A DNA stretch of 64,000 nt, taken from positions 2,334 through 66,333 of the forward strand of contig JBAXUE010000002.1 of NCBI GenBank assembly GCA_037129835.1, given 5' to 3'. The notes under the pieces were generated by a model. The model did not search any database, was not told the DNA's origin, and saw nothing but the letters and a program-made list of their open reading frames with translations. The position numbers and the translations under genes are program-made. Source of the DNA: a bacterium. Its GTDB lineage: Bacteria; Patescibacteriota; CPR2; UBA1875; CAIMLA01. Shown piece by piece: positions 9,723 through 21,389 of this stretch (positions are counted from its first letter, which is position 1; each line of letters opens with the position of its first letter).

Positions 9723-9799
9723 TGTCATCCTGAGGAGCGAAATGGAATTTTTGCGACGTGAGGATCTCGGCAGATTGCCGCGCTTCGCTCGCAATGACG
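9723..9799. repeat. GTCAT...ATGAC palindromic element (REP/RPE-like)
   Basis: TGTCATCCTG...AGGATCTC...GCAATGACG; family of 7 in this window. Confidence 0.75.
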
Positions 9800-9808
9800 G
9801 AGATAAAT

Positions 9809-11095
9809 ATGAAAATTACACGAGAAGACCTAAAAGATAATAAAATTAAACTAACTATAGAGGTCGAAGCAGCTCGGCTGGCACTCGCTATCGATGAAGT
9901 ATATGCGAAGCTAGCGCCAACTGTGAAAATTTCCGGGTTTCGTCCTGGGAAGGCTCCAAAGAATATCGTCGAAAAAGAAGTCGGTAGTGAACGGTTTCAG
10001 TCTGAAGTTCTTGATATTATATTGCCTCAAACGTACTATGACGCTATCGTTAAAGAAAATTTAGAACCAGTCGGTGCACCAGAAGTAAAAATGATTAGTT
10101 ATGTGCCAAGTGACGGAATAAAATACGAAGCTGTGCTTGAAACAATGCCGAAGGTAACCGTTCCAGACATTACTAAAATCAGTGTCAAAAAAGATAAAAT
10201 CGAAGTAGGCGAAAAGGAAATTCTAGAAGTCCTAGTTGATTTATCTCGTCAATTAGCAAAAACAGTTGAAGTAAAACGACCAGCAAAAGCGGGGGATAAA
10301 CTCGAAATAGATTTCGAGGGGTTTATCGATAATATAGCATTTGATGGTGGTAACGGTGTCATGCAGCCATTAGTTCTCGGTTCTGGCGCTTTTATACCTG
10401 GTTTCGAAGAACAGCTCGAGGGCACAAAAGCTAAAGACGAAAAAGAAGTCGTAGTAACTTTTCCTAAGGAATATCATGCCGATAATTTAAAGGGAAAAGT
10501 AGCCACTTTTAAGGTAAAAGTGAACAAGGTTGAAGAGATAATAATGCCCGAACTTACAGATGCTTTTGCCAAAGAAGTAGGACCTTTTACGGATTTAGCT
10601 ACCCTGAAGGCAGACATAAAGAAGCAATTAATTTTTACCAAAGAAACCCAAGGACGCAGAAAAACTGAGGATGAGATTTTGGCGAAAATTGCCGATAAGG
10701 CAAGCTTTACCGTACCTGAAACTTTAATAGACCAGGAGCAACATAGAATGTTCCACGATGCAGAAAGTGGCTTAGCTCAGCAGGGAATGACTCTAGAGGG
10801 TTATCTTTCGGCAAATAACAAAACGAAAGAAGAGCTAGAAAAAGAAATGAGGCCAGAGGCCGAAAAGCGAGTAAAAATCGGGATGATACTATCCCAGCTT
10901 TCAAAAGACAAGGGCTATAAAGCAGGTGAGATCGAGATTGCTAAATACCTTGAGGACAGAATCGCGTCTACTCCAGAGGAACAAAGAGACGAAGCTAAAA
11001 AATACTACGAATCACACGATGGTAGGCATCAGCTAGAGAATGCGATCATCGGCAATAAAGTTCTAGAGTACATTTACGAAACTTGTACAAAATAA
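9809..11095 (+). CDS. tig: Trigger factor
   Basis: GFRPGKAP ribosome-binding motif, FKBP domain FIPGFEEQL, VTFPKEYHA. Confidence 0.96.
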   Translation: MKITREDLKDNKIKLTIEVEAARLALAIDEVYAKLAPTVKISGFRPGKAPKNIVEKEVGSERFQSEVLDIILPQTYYDAIVKENLEPVGAPEVKMISYVPSDGIKYEAVLETMPKVTVPDITKISVKKDKIEVGEKEILEVLVDLSRQLAKTVEVKRPAKAGDKLEIDFEGFIDNIAFDGGNGVMQPLVLGSGAFIPGFEEQLEGTKAKDEKEVVVTFPKEYHADNLKGKVATFKVKVNKVEEIIMPELTDAFAKEVGPFTDLATLKADIKKQLIFTKETQGRRKTEDEILAKIADKASFTVPETLIDQEQHRMFHDAESGLAQQGMTLEGYLSANNKTKEELEKEMRPEAEKRVKIGMILSQLSKDKGYKAGEIEIAKYLEDRIASTPEEQRDEAKKYYESHDGRHQLENAIIGNKVLEYIYETCTK

Positions 11096-11112
11096 AATAA
11101 ATATTTAATAAT

Positions 11113-11143
11113 AAAATAGAGCCTTATTTGAGGCTCTATTTTA
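11113..11143. terminator. Bidirectional intrinsic terminator
   Basis: AAAATAGAGCCT-TATTTG-AGGCTCTATTTT between convergent genes. Confidence 0.75.
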
Positions 11144-11154
11144 TTCGGTATTAA

Positions 11155-11925
11155 TTAACCTTTAATTGAGACAAGATCTTCGTAGATTGAATAAACGTAA
11201 GCGAGTTCCAGTGGAATAATAAAAAAGTCAATAACTAAGCCACTGCCTTGTATTGTTATGCTTAAAATCAAAAATGCCAGGCTGGCTATCAGACCAAATA
11301 GGACAATTCTACCTAGAATAGCCCAGCGATAGCCTTTTGTAAGTTCTGCACTTCGAGAAAAAACGGCGAAGCCTCTTTTACCTTCGGCGATATACACCAT
11401 AGAAATCAGATAGTACATCAGTGCAATAATTATGCCTGGTACAATTAAGAATATTGAACCTATTGTTACCATTACCCACTCCACTATTAGTAAGCCCATA
11501 AGTGGTAGAAAATTCTTTAGCGCAAACAAAATAGAAGCGTTGATATTTTCTTTATCATTACTGGCGGTTTTAATAACAGAACGTTCTATGGCAACAGCCA
11601 TAAACATTTCGACTATTATAAAAAGAACAATCCCAATCAGTAACATCCCAATGTTATTTGTTGGTATCGTTGGAAATAGGTCTTTTCCGTTATATGTAAT
11701 GATCGTCCAAATTATTGGGCCGAAAGTTATTACGCCAATAATAAATAAGACAGCGAACATTATCGCGATTAATACTGAGGTTTGAACCCAGCCCTGTGTA
11801 AAGATTTCCCAAGAACTTTTGATAAGCTCTACAAAACCACGGATTTTTGTTTTTTCGCCAACGGTTTTCGCTGATGCGTGGACCGTTGCATTTTCTGCTT
11901 TCTTTGCTACGACTTTATTAGCCAT
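11155..11925 (-). CDS. Multi-pass membrane protein, similar to the membrane domain found with glycerophosphoryl diester phosphodiesterases
   Basis: About 6 hydrophobic segments; LIVPGII and RSAELTKGYRWAILG patterns; AAGGAG SD before ATG 11925. Confidence 0.7.
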   Translation of the reverse strand: MANKVVAKKAENATVHASAKTVGEKTKIRGFVELIKSSWEIFTQGWVQTSVLIAIMFAVLFIIGVITFGPIIWTIITYNGKDLFPTIPTNNIGMLLIGIVLFIIVEMFMAVAIERSVIKTASNDKENINASILFALKNFLPLMGLLIVEWVMVTIGSIFLIVPGIIIALMYYLISMVYIAEGKRGFAVFSRSAELTKGYRWAILGRIVLFGLIASLAFLILSITIQGSGLVIDFFIIPLELAYVYSIYEDLVSIKG

Positions 11926-12030
11926 AAATTCTCCTTTAATAATATGCTTATTATTAGTTAGTGTCTTTCGCAAGTCAATAGTTATATAAAGCGAATTCTT
12001 TGTATGTTAAAATATATTTACTATAAATTT

Positions 12031-12105
12031 TGTCATCCCTGGTCGCAAACCCAGGGATCTCTCTCGGCCCATCCGAAGGAGATCCTCACTTTCGTAAGGA
12101 TGACA
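12031..12105. repeat. GTCAT...ATGAC palindromic element
   Basis: TGTCATCCCTGG-TCGCAAAC-CCAGGGATCTC...GAGATCC...GGATGACA. Confidence 0.8.
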
Positions 12106-12126
12106 CTGGAAGAATAAGGAGTAATT

Positions 12127-12756
12127 ATGAACGAAAACCATTCGACGAGCTCAGGTCTTGTCGGCAGTCAAATACTTATCCCCACAGTTATTCAAAAGAC
12201 TCATCTTGGAGAGCGCGCCTATGATATTTATTCAAAGCTACTAGAGGATAGAATAATATTCTTGGGCACTGGAATAGACGATACAGTTGCTAATCTTGTT
12301 ATCGCACAACTCTTATATCTTGAGAGTATTGATACCAAGAAAGATATAACTATGTATATCAATAGTCCTGGCGGAAGTGTTTCTTCGGCAATGGCGATAT
12401 ACGATACAATGCAATATTTGAAGCCAGATGTTTCAACTGTATGTTTGGGGATGTCTGCTAGTGCTGCGGCACTATTATTATCTTCGGGAGCAAAAGGTAA
12501 AAGATTTTCATTACCGAATTCAAGAGTCCTCATTCACCAACCTCTAGTTGAGGGTATGGCAGGACAAGCCACTGATATTGAGATTCATACTAAAGAACTT
12601 TTAAGAATTAAAAAACAGTTAGCAGAAATACTGGCTTCAAATACTGGTCAGAAAATAGAGAAGATTAATAATGATGTTGAACGTGATTACATAATGTCTG
12701 CTGACGAGGCAAAGAAATACGGGATTGTAGATGAGATTATAAGGAAAAGGAAATAA
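12127..12756 (+). CDS. clpP: ATP-dependent Clp protease proteolytic subunit
   Basis: [30 protein letters not shown] (Ser), IHQP (His), ERD (Asp). Confidence 0.97.
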   Translation: MNENHSTSSGLVGSQILIPTVIQKTHLGERAYDIYSKLLEDRIIFLGTGIDDTVANLVIAQLLYLESIDTKKDITMYINSPGGSVSSAMAIYDTMQYLKPDVSTVCLGMSASAAALLLSSGAKGKRFSLPNSRVLIHQPLVEGMAGQATDIEIHTKELLRIKKQLAEILASNTGQKIEKINNDVERDYIMSADEAKKYGIVDEIIRKRK

Positions 12757-12770
12757 TCACTCTATAAGAT

Positions 12771-12798
12771 TGTCATTCCCGTGAAGGCGGTATTCTAG
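12771..12798. repeat. Partial GTCAT element (left half)
   Basis: TGTCATTCCCGTGAAGGCGGTATTCTAG. Confidence 0.55.
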
Positions 12799-12992
12799 TA
12801 TCATGAACCCATAGTACTGATTATTTTCCATTTTCTCTTGAAAGAAAATGGAGTTAAGTTCAAGAAAAATCGAACTTCTTCGACTTTGTACGAAATTCGC
12901 TCCGCGTAATTTCTAGCATTCGTCGATAGTCGGGTGCTCGGCACCAAAGCAATTTTTCACAAGAATTAACGATTGATTAATTCATCCTCCAT

Positions 12993-13066
12993 TGTCATCC
13001 CTGGTCACAAACCCAGGGATCTCTCCAGAGCCCCAGAAGAATATTCTCGCTTTTGTGAAAATGATA
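12993..13066. repeat. GTCAT...ATGAC palindromic element (degenerate right half)
   Basis: Left half near-identical to the 12031 copy (TGTCATCCCTGGTC.CAAACCCAGGGATCTCTC). Confidence 0.75.
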
Positions 13067-13086
13067 ATAAGAAAGGAAAAAGAAGT

Positions 13087-14040
13087 ATGAAACTGCAAGA
13101 AATATATGAACTATTTGTCAAAAAGGGGATTGAAAACGATCCAAGGGGAAAAGAGCGGATCAAAAAAATCCTTGATAGCGAAAAGAAGAAGTACGAGAAA
13201 CTAGACAAAAAAGATAAGCAATATTACGACAAAGAGAAACTTACAAATCCTTTTGCCGACACCAGAATTCTTTTTGGTGATAAAGATACTGAAGTAAAAA
13301 GAATCCTTGTTGGTGTTGATATGGAAGTCGGAGAAGTCCTACTTGCAGATAGATTATCCGAAAAGGGTAAAAAAATTGATTTGGTTCTCGCTCATCATCC
13401 TGAGGGGATTGCTCTTGCAGGACTCGATGAAGTGATGCATCTACAAGCTGATGTCCTCAGCCAATATGGAGTCCCTATCAATATCGCAGAAGGTGTTATC
13501 GCGGGGAGGATCAAGGAAGTTTCTAGGGGCCTTGCACCAGTAAATCATCAAAGAGCGGTGGATGCTGCCAGAATTTTAGACATTCCGATGATGTGTTCTC
13601 ATACAGTTGCCGATAACATGGTCTACGAATTTGTAAAAGATATTATGGACAAAGAAAAACCAGAGACCGTCGGGGAAGTATTGGATTTGTTACTTACAAT
13701 TCCTGAATATCAGGAAGGTAAGAAACTAGGCGCTGGCCCAAGGTTGTTTACTGGTAGTCCAGAAAACCGGGCTGGTAAAGTCGCAGTAACCGAAATGACC
13801 GGTGGTACTAGTGGAGCCAAGGAAATATTTGAAAAGATGTCTCACGCGGGTATCGGCACTGTTATTGGTATGCACATGAGCGAAGAACATCGCAAAGAAG
13901 CTGAAAAATATCACCTCAATGTCGTCATTGCTGGTCACATGGCCTCAGACTCTCTTGGCATGAATCTACTACTCGATGAAATTGAGAAAAAGAACGTGGA
14001 AATATTACCAGTCAGTGGCCTAATCCGGGTCAAGAGATAA
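13087..14040 (+). CDS. NIF3 (NGG1p-interacting factor 3)-like metal-binding protein
   Basis: LVGVDME, AHHPEG, SHTVADN, GMHMSE, AGHMASDSLGMN; true start ATG 13087 after AAGGA. Confidence 0.85.
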   Translation: MKLQEIYELFVKKGIENDPRGKERIKKILDSEKKKYEKLDKKDKQYYDKEKLTNPFADTRILFGDKDTEVKRILVGVDMEVGEVLLADRLSEKGKKIDLVLAHHPEGIALAGLDEVMHLQADVLSQYGVPINIAEGVIAGRIKEVSRGLAPVNHQRAVDAARILDIPMMCSHTVADNMVYEFVKDIMDKEKPETVGEVLDLLLTIPEYQEGKKLGAGPRLFTGSPENRAGKVAVTEMTGGTSGAKEIFEKMSHAGIGTVIGMHMSEEHRKEAEKYHLNVVIAGHMASDSLGMNLLLDEIEKKNVEILPVSGLIRVKR

Positions 14041-14043
14041 TCG

Positions 14044-14072
14044 TTGACAAAAACATTATTTTAGTATAGATT
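14044..14072 (+). promoter_or_regulatory. rpoBC promoter
   Basis: TTGACA-17 nt-TAGATT; leader hairpin at about 14095-14131. Confidence 0.6.
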
Positions 14073-14210
14073 TATTACTACAGCTTAACGGAATAAGCAA
14101 AAAACGAGGGAAATATTTCTCGCTTTTGCTTGTTTTAGCTCAAAAACAAAGGAATTAAGAACAAACCCTTAGTAATTTTATTAAAAATAATATAAGGAGC
14201 GAGTATTTTT

Positions 14211-17200
14211 ATGGCCAAAAAATCGCTTGATTTCGTATCAGAGTCCAAGACTGGACGCAAATATTTTAACCCATCACCGGATGTTTTAGCACTTCCAAAT
14301 CTTACGGAAGTACAAACAGACAGTTTCAAATGGTTTCTGAGAGAGGGACTCGCAGAGCTTTTTGAAGAAGTTTCTCCGATAGAGGATTATACAGGAAAGA
14401 TTCTTTCCATTGACTTCAAAGATTATAATATCGGCGAAGCAAAATATACTGAAAAAATTGCTAAAGAAAAAAAGGTAACCTACGAAGCTCCTCTTAAGGC
14501 AAACGTAGAGATACTTAGCAAAGAAACTGGCAAGAAAAAAATCCAAGAAGTTTTTCTTGGTGATATGCCTGTTATGACAGAACGTGGAACATTTATTATC
14601 AACGGTGTTGAGCGTGTTGTAGTATCTCAGCTGGTTCGTTCTCCTGGAGTGTACTTTACTTCTGAAGAGACAAATAACGGAACTGTATTTGGCGCAAAAG
14701 TAATACCTGGCCGTGGCGCTTGGCTCGAAATCGAGACTTCACCTCAAGATGGCATTTACGCAAAGATTGATAGAAAAAGAAAAATTCCTATCACTACACT
14801 TCTTCGTGCTTTTGGATATTCTACCGATGAAGAAATCAAAAAACTTTTCCATGATGTAAATACAAACAAAGAGCGCGATTTTATCGCCATCACCCTAGAA
14901 AAAGATCCTGCCAGAACTCAAGGCGAGGCTTTTGTAGAGGTTTATAAACGTATCAGACCTGGCGATCTAGCTACTGTAGAAAATGCTCGTAGTTTTATCG
15001 AAGGTATTTTCTTTGATGTAAAGAAATATGACATCTCAAGAGTTGGCCGTTATAAAATGAATAAACGACTTGGTGAAGAAATCAAAAATACCCGTGCAAA
15101 CAGGATTTTTAGACGCGAAGACTTAGTTCACATTATTCACGAAATTATTCGTTTAAATAATGAGGGCGGCGTAGCAGATGATATTGATCACATGGGAAAT
15201 CGTCGTGTCAGAACTGTTGGTGAGCTAATTCAACAAAAATTTAGAATCGGTCTAGCTAGAACTGAAAGAAACATAAAAGACAGAATGTCTATCTATGAGC
15301 CAGAAACAGTTACTGCTAGTCAGCTGATCAACGTTCGTCCAATAGTTGCATCTGTTCGAGAGTTTTTCGCAAGCTCTCAGCTTTCTCAATTTATGGATCA
15401 AACTAATCCACTAACAGAACTAGCACACAAAAGACGTCTATCCTCTCTAGGGCCGGGCGGACTTTCTCGTGAAAGAGCTGGCTTCGAAGTACGTGACGTA
15501 CACAAAACACATTACGGCAGAATTTGCCCGATTGAAACTCCAGAAGGACCAAATATCGGACTTGTGAATTCACTCGCATCTTTTGCAAAAATAAATAGTT
15601 ATGGTTTTATTGAAACACCTTATCGTGTTGTTGAAAAAGATAAAAAAGGTATCCCATTTGCTACTACTAAGATTGAATATTTGGCTGCTGATGATGAAGA
15701 AAAAATGATCATTGCTCAGGCGAATACACCAGTTGATGAAAAAGGATATTTCTTGACCAAAACAGCGATAGCTCGTAGAAATGGTGAAGCAGATGAAGTA
15801 AAAGTAGAAGAACTCGACTACACAGACGTTGCGACTGAGCAACCAGTGAGTATTTCCACTTCTCTTATTCCTTTTGTCGAACATGATGATGCTCGTCGTG
15901 CACTTATGGGCGCGAACATGCAACGTCAGGCTGTTTCTGTTATCAAACCACAAGCTCCTATAGTCGGTACTGGTAACGAAGCTCGCTCGGCGCAAGATTC
16001 CGGACAAATTATCCTTGCCAAAGCGGCTGGAGAAGTTCTTTCTTCTACTGCAGACATGATAAAAGTCAAATACGCTGACGACAAAGAAGATATATATGTT
16101 TTAAACAAATTTAAACAAACCAACAGTGATACATGTATTAACCAACATCCTGTCGTAAATAAAGGTGATAAATTCAAAAAAGGCGATTTGCTTGTAGATG
16201 GTACAGCTACTGAAGGTGGTGAGCTAGCACTTGGACAAAATGTCTTAGTTGGCTTTATGTGTTGGGGCGGTAACAACTATGAGGACGCTATTATATTGTC
16301 TCAGCGTTTAGTAGAAGATGACCGTTATACCTCTATTCATCTAGACGAATTCCATATCGATGTGCGCGATACCAAGCTAGGGCCAGAGCTTATTACAAGA
16401 GATATTCCAAACGTTGGTGATGAAGCTTTACGCGATCTTGACGAAGGCGGAGTTATTAGAACTGGTGCTGAAGTGGTCGCTGGAGATATCCTTGTTGGTA
16501 AGATTACACCAAAGGGTGAAACCGAGCTAACTGCCGAGGAAAGACTACTTAGAGCTATTTTCGGTGAAAAAGCTAGAGATGTAAAAGACAGTTCTCTAAG
16601 AGTTCCACCTGGAGTTCATGGAAAAATTGTAAACATCAAAACCAAGAGCAGAGATAAGGGTGACGAATTACAAGCAGGCGTAATAATGCAGGTTTATGTA
16701 ATGGTTGCTCAAATGCGTAAGATTGCAGTCGGCGATAAAATGGCCGGGCGTCATGGTAATAAAGGTGTTATTGCGAAGATACTACCGATAGAAGATATGC
16801 CGTATCTAGAAGATGGTACTCCGATGGACGTACTTCTAAATCCTCAAGGTACTTCACAGCGTCTAAACTTCGGTCAGGTTCTAGAGACTCATCTAGGTTG
16901 GGCTGCAGCTGCACTGGGAATCAAAGTAGCGTCGCCAGTATTCAACGGAGTCAAGGTTGAACAAATCAAGGCACTTCTTAAAGAGGCTGGTCTTCCAGAA
17001 GACGGAAGAGCGCAATTGTATGATGGAAGAACTGGTGAGCCTTTTGCTGAAAGAACCGTTGTTGGATATAAATATTTTCTTAAACTATTGCATCTTGTCG
17101 AAGACAAGATCCACGCTCGTTCTATAGGGCCGTACGCGATGGTTACCCAGCAACCACTTGGTGGTAAGGCTCAGTTTGGTGGTCAGAGATTCGGTGAAAT

Positions 17201-17594
17201 GGAAGTTTGGGCACTCGAAGCTTATGGTGCCGCTCATACTCTCCAAGAAATTCTAACTATTAAATCGGATGACGTAATTGGTCGTTCAAAGGCTTATGAA
17301 TCTACTATAAAAGGCGAAGATATCAAAGAGCCTAGAGTTCCTGAGTCATTCAACGTACTTGTTAAGGAGCTTCAGGGCCTTGGTCTCGCAGTAGACCTTA
17401 TTGCCGAAGAAGCAGAGGGTGAAGTTGTAATCGAGGCAGAAAAAGTAATTGAAGAGAGTTATGAGGAAAATATCGAAGAACTAAAGGGCGATAAGCTTAT
17501 AATAGGCGATAGTGCAGAACAAATGTTGCCGACAATTGATGTAGACGCAGATGGCGCGATCGATGAGTTCGAAGTGCTAGAGGAGAATAAATAA
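14211..17594 (+). CDS. rpoB: RNA polymerase beta subunit
   Basis: [53 protein letters not shown]. Confidence 0.99.
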   Translation: MAKKSLDFVSESKTGRKYFNPSPDVLALPNLTEVQTDSFKWFLREGLAELFEEVSPIEDYTGKILSIDFKDYNIGEAKYTEKIAKEKKVTYEAPLKANVEILSKETGKKKIQEVFLGDMPVMTERGTFIINGVERVVVSQLVRSPGVYFTSEETNNGTVFGAKVIPGRGAWLEIETSPQDGIYAKIDRKRKIPITTLLRAFGYSTDEEIKKLFHDVNTNKERDFIAITLEKDPARTQGEAFVEVYKRIRPGDLATVENARSFIEGIFFDVKKYDISRVGRYKMNKRLGEEIKNTRANRIFRREDLVHIIHEIIRLNNEGGVADDIDHMGNRRVRTVGELIQQKFRIGLARTERNIKDRMSIYEPETVTASQLINVRPIVASVREFFASSQLSQFMDQTNPLTELAHKRRLSSLGPGGLSRERAGFEVRDVHKTHYGRICPIETPEGPNIGLVNSLASFAKINSYGFIETPYRVVEKDKKGIPFATTKIEYLAADDEEKMIIAQANTPVDEKGYFLTKTAIARRNGEADEVKVEELDYTDVATEQPVSISTSLIPFVEHDDARRALMGANMQRQAVSVIKPQAPIVGTGNEARSAQDSGQIILAKAAGEVLSSTADMIKVKYADDKEDIYVLNKFKQTNSDTCINQHPVVNKGDKFKKGDLLVDGTATEGGELALGQNVLVGFMCWGGNNYEDAIILSQRLVEDDRYTSIHLDEFHIDVRDTKLGPELITRDIPNVGDEALRDLDEGGVIRTGAEVVAGDILVGKITPKGETELTAEERLLRAIFGEKARDVKDSSLRVPPGVHGKIVNIKTKSRDKGDELQAGVIMQVYVMVAQMRKIAVGDKMAGRHGNKGVIAKILPIEDMPYLEDGTPMDVLLNPQGTSQRLNFGQVLETHLGWAAAALGIKVASPVFNGVKVEQIKALLKEAGLPEDGRAQLYDGRTGEPFAERTVVGYKYFLKLLHLVEDKIHARSIGPYAMVTQQPLGGKAQFGGQRFGEMEVWALEAYGAAHTLQEILTIKSDDVIGRSKAYESTIKGEDIKEPRVPESFNVLVKELQGLGLAVDLIAEEAEGEVVIEAEKVIEESYEENIEELKGDKLIIGDSAEQMLPTIDVDADGAIDEFEVLEENK

Positions 17595-20500
17595 TGATAA
17601 TTAGCGAAACAAAAAACGATCATTTCAAAGCAATTAAACTATCTATCGCATCACCAAAACATATTTTGGATTGGTCTCATGGAGAGGTAACAAAACCAGA
17701 AACGATAAACTATCGTACTTTAAAGCCAGAAAAAGATGGTCTGTTTTGTGAGAAAATATTTGGCCCCGCGAAAGACTGGGAATGTTATTGCGGCAAATAT
17801 AAGAGAATCCGATATAAGGGCGTTATTTGTGACCGTTGTGGAGTAGAGGTTACTCGTTCTATAGTTCGAAGAGAACGAATGGGACACATCAAGCTCGCGG
17901 TTCCTGTCACTCATATCTGGTTCCTACGTGGCGTTCCTAGCTCAATAGGTTTAACATTAAACCTATCTGCAAGAGATTTAGAAAAAGTTGCTTATTTTGC
18001 TAATTACATCATTTTGTCAGTTGACGAGGATGCAAAAATAGCTTCAAAAAAGAAGATAGATGAAGAATTTAAGGCTAGAAAAACTGAAATAGAGGCAACT
18101 GTAAAAGATGCCGAAGAGAGACAATCTCAGGTAGAAGATTTAGAGCAATACCGCGCTGCTGCTCGCGATGATCTAAATCAGATTAATAAGTTAGAAATTA
18201 TTTCCGAGTCAAAATATCGTGATTTTTCACTAAAATATGGCGAAGTATTTTCTGCGGGCATTGGTGCAGAGGCAATTCAATCTCTACTTGAGGGAATTGA
18301 CCTAGAACAGCTTGTCACTTCTCTAAGAACAGAAGTTGAAACAGCTCAAGGTGTCAAAAGAAAGAAATCAATCAAGAGACTCAAACTTATTGAGGGATTC
18401 GTAGCCGCACAAATTCGACCTGAGTGGATGATAACAACGATTTTACCTGTTATCCCACCAGATCTTCGACCAATGGTACAGCTTGATGGTGGTAGATTCG
18501 CTACTTCAGACTTAAATGATCTATATCGAAGGGTTATAAACAGAAATACTCGTCTCAAGAAATTACTTGATATGGACGCACCAGAAGTTATCTGCAGAAA
18601 TGAAAAACGTATGCTGCAAGAAGCTGTTGACGCTCTTATTGATAACAATGCCCGAAGAGACAAAAACGTTTCAATGGCATCAAGTCGTAAGAAACTCCGT
18701 TCAATCGCAGATATGTTGAAGGGCAAACAAGGTAGATTTAGACAGAACTTACTCGGTAAACGTGTTGACTACTCTGGACGTTCAGTTATTGTGGTTGGTC
18801 CATATTTGAAACTAGATCAATGTGGTCTTCCTAAGATGATGGCTCTTGAGCTTTTCAAACCTTTTGTTATCTCGAAATTAATAACTGATGGCATCGCTCA
18901 TAATGTAAAGAGCGCCAGCAGAATGATTGAAAGAGGCAGAAACGAAGTTTGGGATGCGCTTGATGATGTTATTAAGGGCAAATATGTTCTATTGAATCGT
19001 GCTCCAACTCTTCATAGACTTGGTATACAAGCTTTTAAACCAGTACTTATCGAGGGTAAGGCAATTCAGATTCACCCATTAGTATGTTCGGCTTTCAACG
19101 CCGACTTTGATGGTGATCAAATGGCTGTTCATGTGCCACTTTCAGTTCAGGCACAAAAAGAAGCTGCAGAAATAATGCTTTCTACTAAAAATCTACTTAA
19201 ACCAGCCGCTGGTGAACCAGTGGTTAAGGCTTCACAGGATATTATCTTAGGTATCTATTGGATGACAGTTATCCCAGAAACAAAAGAAACCAAGGATTCA
19301 AAGGATATGAAGGCTTATTCAACTAAAGAAGAAGCTATTATGTCTTATGATCTAGGCTATATAAGCGTTCGTGAGCAAATTAAGGCTCCAGTAGAAGGAG
19401 TGTTAATCGAAACTACGGTAGGAAGACTGCTATTCAATGAAATTCTTCCTGAAGGTTACGGTTATATCAATAACGAGCTCACTTCAAAGAAATTAACAGC
19501 TATTATTGAAACCATATTCCGTGATTTTGGTGATGTAGAAACTGTTAAATTTGTAGATAAAATGAAGGACCTAGGTTTCGAATTTTCTACACTTTCTGGT
19601 TTGTCACTTTCTATGGACGATTTCAAAATTCCTTCTGATAAAGCGGAAATATTAGCTAAATTTGGTCTAAAAGAAGAACATACAGCGACCCAATACAACG
19701 AAGGTTTGATCACTAGTGACGAAAAATATGCCAAGACTTTGGAAATTTGGATGGAAGCTCGTGACGAAGTAATGAATTCAATGGCCAGAGAGATGGATCC
19801 GAATTCTTCAGCTGCTATTATGATGAACTCAGGAGCTCGTGGTAATCTATCGCAAATGGCGCAGATGGCTGGAATGAAGGGCTTGGTAGTTAATGCTTCG
19901 GGCAGAACTATTGAGTTCCCAATCAAATCAAACTACAAAGAAGGTTTATCATCACTAGAATACTTCTCATCAACTCACGGCGCACGTAAAGGACTTTCAG
20001 ATACAGCCCTAAAGACTTCTGACTCTGGCTACCTTACTCGTCGTCTTGTAGACGTTGCTCAAGAGGTGATCGTTACCGAAAAAGATTGTGGTACCAAAAG
20101 AGGTACTGTTATTACTCGTGGCGATAGCTCAAAGATCGGTGAAGATTTTGCAGCTCGCGTCATCAGCCGGGTACTTGCCAAAGATGTCGTAGTCGAAAAA
20201 ACTGGCGAAATTATCCTAAAAAAGGGTGTTCTAGTTGGTACAGAAGAATTTGCAAAGATAGAAGATGCGAAAATCGACGAAGTTACCATCCGTTCTGCTC
20301 TTACCTGTGAATCGGTTTGGGGTATTTGTCAGCATTGTTATGGTTCAGACTTAGCCAGAGGCGGAATGATCGCTCTAGGTGAGGCAGTTGGTATTATCGC
20401 TGCTCAATCTATTGGTGAGCCAGGTACTCAGCTAACGATGAGAACTTTCCATGCTGGTGGTATCGCGGGTATCGATATTACTCAGGGTCTACCTCGTGTT

Positions 20501-21355
20501 GAGGAACTTTTCGAAGCTCGTCAGCCAAAAGGTCAGGCAATCCTTGCAGAGATGTCAGGTATTGTTAGAGTCGAAAGTGCTAACGGAAAACACAAGATTG
20601 ATATTGTCTCAGATGTTCTTTCTGAAGATGTCTATGACATCACTGGACTTACTGCTTCAGTGAAAAATAACCAATTTGTTGAAATGAAAGACGTTTTAGC
20701 ATCAAAAGATGGCAAAAAGCAGATGAAGGCAAAGAACAGCGGTACTGTGAAGATAAAAGACGGAGCAATCCGTGTGATTCGTGAAGCAGAAGTAAAGAGC
20801 TATTCAGTGCTTAACCAAGTTGGTCTCTATGTTAAAGACGGAGATGTTGTCGAAGTCGGAACACAGATCACCGAGGGTTCATGGAATCTTCAGGACGCTC
20901 TCAAATTGATGGGTGAAAACGCAGTTGAGCGATATATTATGACCGAAGTTCAACAAACTTATGCTTCTCAAGGACAATCAATCAACGACAAACACATCGA
21001 AATAATCATTCGTCAGATGTTTTCTCGTTGTCGTATTGATGAAGCTAGCGGAACACCATTTATCGCTGGTGAAATTGTTTCTCGTTCTTCATTGCAAAGA
21101 GAAAACAATCTTACCAAAAAGGCAAAAACAAAGCCTGCTGAATTCACAAACTTGCTACTTTCAATCACTAAAGTATCTATCACAACTGATAGTTTCTTAT
21201 CTGCAGCTTCATTCCAAGAAACAAGCAGAGTGCTTATAGGCGCAGCGGTCGCAGGTAAGGTCGACGATCTTAGGGGTCTTAAAGAAAATGTAATTATTGG
21301 CAAACTAATACCTGCAGGTACGGGTTTTGCTAAATCATTGACCAGAAGCAAATAA
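17594..21355 (+). CDS. rpoC: RNA polymerase beta' subunit
   Basis: NADFDGDQM catalytic motif, Zn-ribbon, GEPGTQLTMRTFH. Confidence 0.99.
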   Translation: MIISETKNDHFKAIKLSIASPKHILDWSHGEVTKPETINYRTLKPEKDGLFCEKIFGPAKDWECYCGKYKRIRYKGVICDRCGVEVTRSIVRRERMGHIKLAVPVTHIWFLRGVPSSIGLTLNLSARDLEKVAYFANYIILSVDEDAKIASKKKIDEEFKARKTEIEATVKDAEERQSQVEDLEQYRAAARDDLNQINKLEIISESKYRDFSLKYGEVFSAGIGAEAIQSLLEGIDLEQLVTSLRTEVETAQGVKRKKSIKRLKLIEGFVAAQIRPEWMITTILPVIPPDLRPMVQLDGGRFATSDLNDLYRRVINRNTRLKKLLDMDAPEVICRNEKRMLQEAVDALIDNNARRDKNVSMASSRKKLRSIADMLKGKQGRFRQNLLGKRVDYSGRSVIVVGPYLKLDQCGLPKMMALELFKPFVISKLITDGIAHNVKSASRMIERGRNEVWDALDDVIKGKYVLLNRAPTLHRLGIQAFKPVLIEGKAIQIHPLVCSAFNADFDGDQMAVHVPLSVQAQKEAAEIMLSTKNLLKPAAGEPVVKASQDIILGIYWMTVIPETKETKDSKDMKAYSTKEEAIMSYDLGYISVREQIKAPVEGVLIETTVGRLLFNEILPEGYGYINNELTSKKLTAIIETIFRDFGDVETVKFVDKMKDLGFEFSTLSGLSLSMDDFKIPSDKAEILAKFGLKEEHTATQYNEGLITSDEKYAKTLEIWMEARDEVMNSMAREMDPNSSAAIMMNSGARGNLSQMAQMAGMKGLVVNASGRTIEFPIKSNYKEGLSSLEYFSSTHGARKGLSDTALKTSDSGYLTRRLVDVAQEVIVTEKDCGTKRGTVITRGDSSKIGEDFAARVISRVLAKDVVVEKTGEIILKKGVLVGTEEFAKIEDAKIDEVTIRSALTCESVWGICQHCYGSDLARGGMIALGEAVGIIAAQSIGEPGTQLTMRTFHAGGIAGIDITQGLPRVEELFEARQPKGQAILAEMSGIVRVESANGKHKIDIVSDVLSEDVYDITGLTASVKNNQFVEMKDVLASKDGKKQMKAKNSGTVKIKDGAIRVIREAEVKSYSVLNQVGLYVKDGDVVEVGTQITEGSWNLQDALKLMGENAVERYIMTEVQQTYASQGQSINDKHIEIIIRQMFSRCRIDEASGTPFIAGEIVSRSSLQRENNLTKKAKTKPAEFTNLLLSITKVSITTDSFLSAASFQETSRVLIGAAVAGKVDDLRGLKENVIIGKLIPAGTGFAKSLTRSK

Positions 21356-21389
21356 TTTGGTAAAATCTATTAGATTTTGAAGGGAAAAA

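Noticed and set aside
12030-12224. 64-aa ORF, and the similar N-terminal extensions of NIF3, tig and fusA in the ORF track
   Set aside because: Read-through of GTCAT palindromic elements; better starts lie downstream
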